From Lingula anatina (lineage: Eukaryota; Animalia; Brachiopoda): a DNA stretch of 64,000 nt. The notes beneath the pieces were generated by a model, which did no database searches, was not told the origin of the DNA, and was given only the letters and a program-made list of their open reading frames with translations. The DNA lies in assembly GCA_051362555.1 (NCBI GenBank), contig CM120640.1:1302001-1366000 (forward strand). The letters are read 5' to 3'. A program made the position numbers and the translations under genes. Shown one piece after another: positions 40,001 through 51,800 of this stretch; the first letter of the stretch is position 1; the number at the start of each line of letters is the position of its first letter.

Positions 40001-43000
40001 ACGCCATTAAGGGCAGAGTTGCTGCATGTGATGCCATCTGCATGCGAGTTAAGAGTTTGGTAAAGAGCCAATTTGACATGGCGCTCGCATCATCAGGTGT
40101 CTCTTGCAGAATATTGCCTTTAACGCAGTTAAGTGGTCAGTGGCATCTTGGATTGGTGCGTCATGTGAGACACAGATTCCCAGGCACTGTGCGTGAATCC
40201 AATGAATCGGCACGTGAATCACCGATACATTCACGTAGCAAAACCGAGCTCTCCCACCCATGCTGGGCCAGTTCTCACACTAACACAGTCCTGGGAAGAA
40301 ATTACTGAAACAATGGTTTCATTTCCCAAACAATAGGGCGTGTAAGTAGTGTTGCCCTCCAATAAAAAAGATCAGCTGGGAATGCCCAGGGCTTTGGTCT
40401 ACCGCTGTGTACTGAACGTGGTGCATTCGGACCAATCATCAAACACAAAACATAACAACTGGAAAATATTAACCGAGTCCTAGTTCTCACGTTTTTTACT
40501 CATATTTAATGAATGTGTTTTTCAGAGGATATTCGGTGTGTATCAAAACACTTCCTGTTTGTAGCGGAACATTTCCTTTGCATGCACAGGCTAAAGGTTG
40601 ATTATTTGCACGATAGAACCAGTAGAGAATCGCGATAAAAATACGTCCATAACATTTTTACCCTAAGATCGGGCTACTTATCTCGAATGAGAGATAAGCC
40701 GATAAAAATGGGGTTTTAACTTTCCAGGTTTACATCTTAGCCGTCTTAAGTAAGCACTGTTTTTGTATTTGATTCTTTGGAACAATCTAGCCCCAGGGCA
40801 AGCACCGATGTGGCGCACTTTAAAACAAAAGCCAAAGGTCTCACTTATAAAAAGAAATCTAAACAAAGCCTGCGATTAAGTTCAAGGGTGCAAGCCAAAA
40901 CCTAAACCGTAATGCACACATTCTTTGCTACAAAGCTCAGTAAGAAGTCTACAAAGTGAATCTACTTTAAACAAATAAAAACTGCACTTTTCATCGGCAG
41001 CTATCAGATAGTCTCTAGGACTGTGCATGTATGTTTCAGTAATTAAACAGTTAAAGAACTTTATTTTTGTTGAATGTCGTTACATTGTTAAGCAAACAAA
41101 GTCTGTTGTGATAAACCAAGGGAACCCCGAGATTTATCACGGAAAAATCCCCCCTAACACGTAACTCGATAGCTCGCCGTGCTTGGAACTAGCGCACACA
41201 CGGTAAACTTTTTTCTGGGCAATTTCATGGCTTTCAATTCCAAATTACCGCTTAGATGCCCTTTGTTAAATCAAGGTTTTATTGTGAAGAAGTGATTAAT
41301 ATACTCTAAGAGACGTGTTTGACACAATAGATCATAGACCAACCCGTCTGGGTTGGACCGTTTTTAAACCCCTAGTATGTGAGTAATGTCTTATTTCCAA
41401 TTTTTGACATTTCTCAAGAAGTTAATTATCCGCAACAGTACTTTTAATTGGCTCTATATTTCATCCGCCCTATTTTGGTATTGTTATTTTCCAGATTGTG
41501 TGTATTATATTTTGCCAACAATATCTTTAAGTTACCCAAGCTGACAGTAAACAATGGGCTTAATTAACTCGAGGTTGAAACTTTGTGATCACTTTTTTGG
41601 CAATATTTCCCTCCATTGTTGACACACGAGCAGCTCCACTTACGAAAAACCAGCCATGCTTGCATTAGCAGCAACAAAAATAAAATCCACAAAGCAGGAA
41701 GCATTCTGAATCACGTTTCAAAATATTCCTTTATCAAATGTCTAATTAATCATTCAGACATACACTTTATACATGTGCATGTATTGTTTATACTGTATAA
41801 ATATAAATGATAAAACGTCACTGAGATCAAAATGATATAATGTCACATCTTGTCATCTCTCTACACTTAAATAAACAAAACATTACAAACATTATACATT
41901 TATTATTGTTATCATTACTTGATATAATAAAAATAATTATAAGTATTATTTAATGTAATGCATTGTTTATAGTGTACATATATTATACAAAATATTGTTA
42001 ACAGTGTTCAGACTTAAGAACGGGTATCACTCTATCATTCATATTCACTTTCAGGGTTGTGAGAAGCGGTTCTCTGTTGTCAGTCCCAAACATACCATGT
42101 GCCTGAATGTGCACGTCAAAAGGAAAGATGGTACGTATTCTTTTTAGGTACACCTAACGTTTAGAAGCACTATGAGATTATTAGTTAATCCGTTTGTCTT
42201 TTGTAGATAAACAACACGAAAGTAACCTTTGTAGCAAATTCCTTAAATGTCCTCACGTTGCTGAGAGATAAGTTGTTTTGAGCGACACCAACGCAAAACG
42301 CCACGGGGCGCAAAGGATGGTTACACTGCTTTTTCAAAAAACATACGGGAAAGTTTTCTACTATGCATTTCTCGAATTTGGATCTCACTGGTATCGGAGA
42401 GAAAAAAAACTGTGGTTATTGGCATTTTTGCAGAACAAAAACTAAATTAAAGACACGTCTTCCCACCTATCTTTACCTTTACTACCTAAATATTTGTGGT
42501 TCTTCTGGCAACAGGTGGCAACTCTGAAAGCATTGTTGGGAAGTTAGTTTAGATTTCTGTTAAAGGTAGATTTTCTTCGTGAAGTACGCGTACAGTGAAT
42601 GAGTCATCATGTTAAAACACATATGGCTTTTTAGCGGCCCTAATTACGGCTGGTTTTGCACTGAATATCATGTTGGTGTCGAGCAGTAAACGTTGCTATT
42701 GGAATTGCTACTACCAGGCCGAGATAAAAACTGCACTGCCAATGGAACTTTATGTCAAATTGAGATAAATAAATTCTGTTAATAGATTCAATTAAGTCGA
42801 AGTACTATGATGAACAAAAATCATTTATTTACCGTTTCTCATACCCTGTAAGTGAATGGGACAGGAAATGTAATGGCATAAACTAAGTATATTACATGTA
42901 TTACATCCGTGTTTATTGACGTCAGATTTAATCTAGGAACAGGCCAAATTTCACTGGCATGTGCGTCAATCTTTTTTACGACTTTTACAAGGTGGACTTT

Positions 43001-46000
43001 TATGACCTTTGCTTTGTTTTGTGTGCATTGAGCAAAGATCAGACATCAATGCAATAAACTAACTTTAACAATAGCCAGTACAAATAATATGTCATGAATG
43101 CAGTTTCTGAATGGGAAATATTAATATGCTATTTTCTTCTTCAGGGATAACCGAAACGGAGAAAAATCTTATACTCGAAAGACACAATTATTATCGGGCC
43201 AATGTGGAAAAATTTAACAACCAGCCCCCAGCTACAGATATGAATAAGTTGGTAAGTCTCTCCACAATTCTCGGAAAGAACATGTATCACTTCATTCTTG
43301 GAACTGTAATTGTTCTGTGGTTAATGTTTATGGTAGTAATAGACTACCTAAGGGTAACATACCCCGTATCTTGCTTGTTGCCAAAATAGTTCCTTTGAAA
43401 GTGTGGACAAGATTTCACGTACTGTAAAACAAGGGAAGAAATGGCATGATATAGAATGGAAATTTAACGCAATTCTCTGAATTGGAGATATGATGTTACG
43501 AGTTACTGCCACAATTACAACAAAAGTGCTTACCACGAAGAATTTGTGGTTAGATATTTGTAACTAAGCACCCCTCTCCCTCTCGACCAGAGCAGATGCT
43601 TTTTCTTCTAAGTACTCAAATATCTCACTTTACGATCCGTTCTGCAAAAGTACGTGAGCACATACATTTAATAAGGCGATAGGCGTGATTGGAGGGAGCG
43701 TTTGGTGGGTTGAAAAAGAACCATTTTATTGTTCAAAAGACAGATCGAGCGTAAAAACGCTAATTGGACTGGAAAATAATCCGTGCACATCGTCTAGTGA
43801 CTCAGAACGGCAACCAAAATCAGGGCACCAGCCCTCATTTAATTAGGTTCAACCGTGCGCGTGTAAAGGCTAAACACGAGGTTCAGCGAAACACAGTGAT
43901 TTTAATTTCGAACGCTGTGAATCCGGGGTACCAATTCCGAACTCTTCATCAATATCACATTGCGCTATACATAACCGATAACTGTGTAAGTTACCGTTGC
44001 CTAATTATCATGCAGATTGAAACATTTACGCGGATTTGTAACATCTGTGAAAGCAACATATAATAGGATATCAACAGATGACGTATTTGGTGTAAATAAA
44101 CGTGGGTATTTTGCTAATAGAATCTTATCACGCGACATAAGAGTTAAATATACAAGCCCTGCACCTTTTAAACAAAATAAACATGGGCACACGTTCGTCA
44201 TTACAAGTGGCCAATCTTTGGGTTACTCTAAGCCGGGCACTGCTATGACTCAGAACCCACGTTAAACCGATAATGGCAACAGGTTCTCCTGCCAAAAATA
44301 CTTCAAAACTTTCAAGAAAATGAGGTGATTAAAAGCTTCATTTGTAAACATGCCGACCAACTCTGCACGTAGTGTTTGGTATTTAATTGGAACTGGTGGA
44401 CGTGCAGAGGGTGGTGCTGGGTTCTGGCTTGACCTTGGTCGTGTTTGATGGAGTGTCCAACAGGGTGATTGGCAGTACATGTAGCATTAAATATTCAATA
44501 ATGTACATCAGGATACACGGGCTTAACAATGGCAAAACCAAGGAATTCCGTATATGGCAGTTGAAAGTCGTGGCCATTGTGTTATTTTCGCTCTCAGCCA
44601 TTAAGAGGATGTGTTCATTGAGCCATTTCGTCACTTGTGCCATTTGGTGTTCCGTCTGTTTTCCCAATCACCTCGCACTAGCCTCCGGAAGCCAATAAAA
44701 ATTCACATGCTGACTAGTATAGAAAGACACTTCACTCATAAAGTAAATCGATATACCCCCTCCCTTCTTACCACAACTGGCGTTTCATGTTAGTGACCCT
44801 CACGTTTTTTCAACGAAATACAATATAAACTACACGTGCGCGCGTGTCTTCGCATGTCAAGGCAGCGCAAAACCTGGACTTCACGGACCGGAAGTAAGTC
44901 GCGCAGAAAATAACTGAAATACCTAAAATATCTTGGAGGTTTGGTTCTGTGTTTATATGCCCTCAGGGGAGGTAGATCTGGACCCATTTGTCATTTTGGT
45001 AATAGTGATCACGTCAGCCATTGAAGGAAAATAAAATTAAACAAAAAATACCGTGGTAATTGGTAGCGTTCATGGGTGTTAAATACGTGAAACTTAAATA
45101 AAATGACAGGGGGTGAATTATCGCCTTTCTGTCATTGAAGTCAAGCACTGCATTTAATCGTTCCTTGTTGCTCCATGTTAAACACCAAGTTGAATGCCCG
45201 TTTTATTCCATAATCTCGCAAGCCAAATGTCAATGAAGTCTAATGTCAAAGATCGTAGTGTCTGCACTAGATACCCCTGTGATCTCCTTTTAAACTACCT
45301 TTAGTGAGCGAAAAGTAGAAATAAATCTTTTTTCTTGACATATCTAGTTCATTATCTAATAGTAGTAATGATACCAACGTTATGTTACATGTAAGGGTCG
45401 ACCAACTTGACATATCTAGCTCATTATCTAATGATAGTAAGATACCAACATTATGTTACAGGTATGGGACGACCAACTTTCTGAACTTGCACAGAAGTGG
45501 GCCAGTAATTGTCATTATGATCACGAAGAAAGCGAGAATAGAAACATTCCAGGTACGTACATTTGAGGAAAATACATGTACAAAACAGCTGCTCTAAATT
45601 CTTGTGCCTGTACGATCACCCACGCTTTGTGCTTGGAATATTTAATACGCAGTCCAACTGGTACGAACGTTAAACATATGTATGCTGATAAAAGTTTTAT
45701 ATCCTGGCTATATTCAAGTGCGCAATGGGAATCCACCTTGTATTAATAACGCAGGGAATCAATAATAAAATGTGAACTGCCCACCTTTGGGAATGTCATA
45801 TTTCCTATGTCTAAATATCCTACAAACTTACTTATCTTTCTCAATTCAGACCTTAAAAACTCTTATATATATAAAAAATCAGTCAATTAATCAGTCAATT
45901 AGGGCTAAATTAGAAATGGTACAAAACATAGAATCAAATTCAAAGATGGGCCGAACAATGATTCCTGAGTTGGAGACAATTGGATTTTTTCGAGGAATAT

Positions 46001-48768
46001 TCGATTTGGCGGGAAAATCGCGGACAGGATTCCTTAAACCTGAACTAGAATGATTTAAAGTTTATAGTCGATATTCAGAATTGAGTTGTTTTCCACGCTG
46101 GGGGGCATGCACGGACCTCCAAGCATGTAATAAATCCCCGGTAGCTGAAAACTGTAAACATGAAACAGAACAGTGGGTAATTTACGATTATATCTTCCAA
46201 ATTTTGTTACGTCGGTGTCCATAACATTGAACAAACGCTGTAACTATTTATGTGTGTGTGTTTTTGAAGGCATGTCAACCCCCTAGCTGTGTTATCTGTA
46301 GGTTTTGTTAAGTCAGCGTTTGTTTCCTTAAGCAAAATTTACTCAAGTGACCGTATAGGTGCCAGTATTCTGAAGTAATTAACAATCAACAATCTTGTAA
46401 GGATTCATCTTTACAGATCGCTGAATAAGTTGGCGTTTTTGTTTAGTCTTGTCTGTTTCTGTCCCACGCGAATAATATTAGTGGCCGAAGGTGCGACAGG
46501 TCTATAGTAATCAGCTATATGTAATTTGGAAAATAATTCCAACTGCCACATTGCATTATCTAACAATTTTGTACGCCAGTCGTCCTGTTTTATCACTAAA
46601 GCATTTAACAGTGGCCGTAAGTGGTTGTAGTTATATTACAGCACGGAACAAAGTTTTTCACCCCTGCGTTGTTTTCCCAGGCATTTGTGATAAATCGGAT
46701 TTTATTAACAAAAACATTGGAGTTATCGAAATGACCAAACGCTAGGCTGGAGGTGTCCGTATCTTTTTGTGTGATTCTGAAAATAGACTGTTCTTTGGAA
46801 TGCGAACGGGATTGCAACCCCCACATTGTATTATATATCCTTTTGTCAGAACCACCTCGTTTTGTTTTCCGAGCAGATTTCTAATCAAACCAGCCGTATC
46901 AGCTCCAGCGAGATGAGCCAATTTGTTGGGCTTCTGTTTAGGCTTCATTTGTGAGATAAAAGGGCGAAGTCATAATTGACATTCTCTCGGCTAACATGTT
47001 TTAAATGACGGGGGGGATCTTTGATGTCCCGCGCTGTATATAATTAGTTTTGTCAATTTAAACAGAGCCTCACCAAAACACCGGAAAACGATGCCAAAAC
47101 TTACAGGTAAGTTGAAGGTTTGGGAGTGGAAACATTGGCACTAAAGGGTTTTCAGTGCTTTTTGAGGGTATCCAGGTCAACGGATATGGAACATGCCTCT
47201 TAAAGGAATTCTGTATCAACAAGTACATATCTTCAATATATAATGCATTAGATAATAAAAATTTGATAATTCATTGCAGGCTGGGCCAGCGTGGGTCAGA
47301 ATTTAGGGCGTGGCCAGAGAAACTGGCATCAGGTGATGAAGATGTGGCACGACGAGGTGAACTATTTCAAGTACGGACGCGGGTCGATTAATGGTTACGA
47401 GACAGGCCATTACACACAGGTAATATCAACAAGATGGTGTGATACATACATTAGTCTGGGTCTGCGGCGTGGTCTGATTGCTTTAAGAGTTCACAATATT
47501 CTAAGCAGTGAAATGCGATTTTTAGAGTCTAAAGGGATTATATACAATATGTGGGTATTTTAGGTCTATATAGGTTATCTTCTTTTTCTTGGTTTTTGTG
47601 GCAGATGACAGCTATTGCTCCGTTGGCAGTGAAAAATCTGGCACACTATTGTCAAAAGCAGCTAACATTTATGTGATGCGAAGGCAACTCGTGTTTAAGA
47701 TATCCGGTTTTCACTGAATTGTACGCTCAGGCGCTCCCAAGATGTACGAAGCCACTCGAAAAATCACCAACAACACCCAAGTGAAACAAAACCAAGCCTG
47801 TGACATAAATAAAGATATGATTTCGCCTATTTGTTAGAATTGACCGTACTATTTGTGGTCAAGCTTTATGTGCGATATATTACAAGGTCGATTTCTGACA
47901 TTATTTCAGATGGTGTGGGCAGCGTCCACGAGAATAGGGTGTGGGTTTGCCCAGTGCAATGGCACCAAGACATTTTATGTTTGCAACTATGCACCATCGT
48001 AAGTATACTTTTATGTTTTAGAAAGAGCAAAAAGGGAGAAAGAACAAATGAGGGTGAATTTTGTGTTTTTTGAAATATAAAACGCGATGATTTATGTTTC
48101 GTTTTAAAAAATCATATACAACTGGTACCATTGTAAAAGCAATAGCGCCTACAGCAGAAAAAATACACAAAATGAGATAATTTTATATGTAGAATGTCAC
48201 CTTATACCCATTATTTTATATCATTCAGCGGTAACCTCAGGCACAAGGTGAAGACCCCATACAAAGCAGGACCAACTGGATCTTCCTGCAAGAAGAACTT
48301 CGATTCAAGATCTGGTTTATGCGGTTAGTATTTGCCATTTCGATATCGGTGTGTGAGCGGAAGAGAGCGCAAGCGCGCGCGGGTTTACGTGTTTTAACAT
48401 ATTTGTACTTCTCTAGACGTGCTCATTAGCATGGACAGTAACATAATTTTGTTATTAAACATGACGCACTTAGATTAGATATCTCTCTCAATATTTATAA
48501 CAAACAATACCAAATGCCATGTTTTTCTCAGCCTAATATGTGACCACACCACTGTGTTTCAGACTGCGGTGGCAAGGTTTGTAAGAACGGGGGAGAGTTG
48601 GACGTGAGCACGTGCCAGTGCAAGTGCAAAGATACATGGTGGATTGAGAAGGGAGGCGAATGCGACCGTGAGTGCTTAATTTCATCGATTGATTCATTCA
48701 TTCTGACACTTTTTTGTGGCTTATTTGATCTAATTGCTCTTTCAAAGAAATATTTACATGGCGGTGGT

Positions 48769-48808
<40 letters not shown>

Positions 48809-51800
48809 AAAAGATTGATTAAATAGTGGTTCAGATTGATTAAATAGTGGCGCTGTGCGCACGTCTCCAAGACAGGCTCAACCCAACGTCAGGACACCTC
48901 GTCCGGTCCCCATACCCTTTTCAGTGTGCCGTAAAAAGATGAGGCATTCGTCTTGATAAAAATAAATAAATAAGCACAATAAAGCACATATTATACCATG
49001 TCATACATAGGATGCAGAGCTCGGCGTGTCAGTTCAGATTGTTACAAACCTGCCGCACATAGGAAAGGTAAAGTGCTCAATAGCTCTAAATCTGCACGGT
49101 CACTTAGACCGTGACAGTTGAAGTTTTCCACACCAATTGTCATTATCAAGGTTATTTGTTTGTATCACATTCCACGACGCCGCACATGTAATCAGATTAT
49201 GAACATATGAACAAAGGCCAAACCAAGTCCACAACGTTCCATAGCGCACATGTTTATGTAAACTTACTAGTCCATGGTTCGTCTTTGAACGGCACATTTT
49301 CTAAACAAACAATTCCTCACAACAAAACAATAACTCACACTTAATGCTAACAGTCATTTCTTTTGCTAGTAAACTCCGTTTCTGTTATAAGAATTCATTG
49401 TTATCTCAACAAAAGTTTCAATGGTTTTTATTCGAGTTCAATTTCGCATTGACAGAGGTTGCTAGCAGGCCAACGCTGTGTTTGCTAGTAGAGATACAAA
49501 TCAACAGTACTTGATCTTTATTATCCTCAACGTGCCACGGCCGTTTTACAAAATTCCTTTTTAAAAAAGCTCCCATTTTTGAAATCAAACAATTATATTT
49601 GTGTTTTGCTGAATATGGTTGCGCGCCGTCTGAAACGCTCCTCCCATCTCCTTATACTGTGCTGCCCCTTTATAAACGGTCCTTTGTCCAGGTATCAATA
49701 GAAACAATAATATATAGAGAAGGTCCTAATAGTTAGGTACACGGGGTATAACTTCGAGGGTCTCTATGACCACAAGTCTTATGTAGTGTACCGTGTCGTT
49801 CGGGGCCAGTCTGTCACCAATGGGACTCGCTTCAGGAGGTGGTTTACGGGGACCTTGGACGCGCAGGGACAGCAGATTGTCGTTAACAGTGGACACTAAG
49901 ACTCCCTGCTCATACAGAGTTTTGATAAATCCAGAAGGCGGCAGCACAAAAGTGAGATGAATGTTTGATGAGCTTTCTCTAGACTAGTGGTCAAGTGAAG
50001 TTTTCTATGAACTGACGTAACATGACGGCATTGTTTACTCAAGATCAACTAGCCGAAGAGGAGTTAATTTTCCATCTTTTTCGAGGTTATTGAAGGAGAA
50101 AATAGTCCCATGTATACGAGATATCGACGCAGATCGTATTAAACAAAGGTGTGTTGAGACTCCATGGAGAAGGCATGATTAGTTGAATGGAAAGCAAACT
50201 TGGCTGAGCTCTGAACTTTACAACATATGCATCCGTGTTCAATGCAAAGAGAGACTAACTGGAAACGGTAAATACCAACATTTTACATCGTCAAATCAGG
50301 CGATAATGACACGCTATGAATAACTGAAGATGGGCATTTAAATCATTGGAGCGGTCAGTGAGAAATACTGCGTTTATGTAGATTCAAGCCATCATGCCGG
50401 CCGGGATAGAAGGCACTGACCGTTTGGTCGACGCTGAAAAGCGCAACAAATTCGAGAGGGCTCGACTGGACCTCCGCTCAAAACTTTTAGAGAAAGAACG
50501 AACAGCTGTCGTGAAAGATGTTAATATGTGGATGAGGCGAGTTCGAGTTGAGTATCTGGCGGTCCCCCGCCACACAGGGCAGAGTTCTGAAGGCATCCCA
50601 ACAGAACACAGCAGCGACAGACAAATCCGACAGTCGGAATATTTCCGCTTTGGCCCCAGAATGAGCAACAAACGGTTATCGAAATGGCGTAGAGATGAGG
50701 AAAAGCTGCAGACGTTCTTGCGTGCGTCAGAGCGAATAGTGCAGGAAAATGAGCAGATAAAACACAAAGAGATCACCGTGGACAGTATCCTGGAAGATAT
50801 CGAGAAAAAATCCATTCAAAGGGTGGAACAGGCCCAAGCGATGTCAGAGTCGGATGAAAATCGACCTATATTATCTCGCGTACGCGATAGACTTGACGTA
50901 TTCGATGGTCTGAAGGACGATAACAAGGCATCTACCGCCAAAGGCAATGAGCCAAATGACTTCTCTTTGCCAGAATGGGAAAATGATGTTCTCAAAAATT
51001 ATAAGACATTTGTTACCCGAAAAATAAAACTATCAAAGAAAAGGTTCCAGCAAAGATCTCTTAGTGCGTCGCAACTTTTGAGTATGAGTCCAAAAAGTGG
51101 TCAAAACGGCCCTTTGCACAAGTCGTCTTCTGTAACTGATGTGTACAATTTACGAACTGCATCGGTGAAGTCAAATAATGGTGCAACGAAAGCCCCTCCT
51201 CCCACTGCTAGTCGGAAGCCTATATTACGGGCCTCTAAATCCTCTCCAGCATTATTACCGTCCCCCAGACACCAACACAGCGCCCCCTCATCCCCAAGAC
51301 AAGCTATGGTCACTCGGGGAGCGACAGGGGGATCTGATGAAGACCCTATGATCGTGATGGGTGATAGAAGAGACGATACCACAAGTTACGTTACAGAATC
51401 TGATCAAGACGCTGCAGTTATGGGGCCTTCCTCGTATGTACCGGCTTCTACTAGTCAAAAACCTCCAACCCCACCCACTAGAGGTAGAGCCCCCAAACCC
51501 AGGCCGGTTACAGCAAACATTGCAAGGCAACAGGCAGCAAAATCTTCATCTCAGGACACCGATGTTCGACCAAAAAGTGCCGCGCAGTTGACGCGGAAAG
51601 TAACTTTTTCGTGTGATACAAATTTCTCAGACACTGACGCAGACGATCTGTCAGATCTTGAATCTGCGACAGTACCCGCAGCGCGTGAAATGACGACTGT
51701 TCATGAAGAAGACGAAGAGAAAGAAGAGGCGTATAAACAAGGAGTAAAAATTGACAATTATGTGGAAAAATGGAAAGATGCGACGACAACAAAGAAACTC

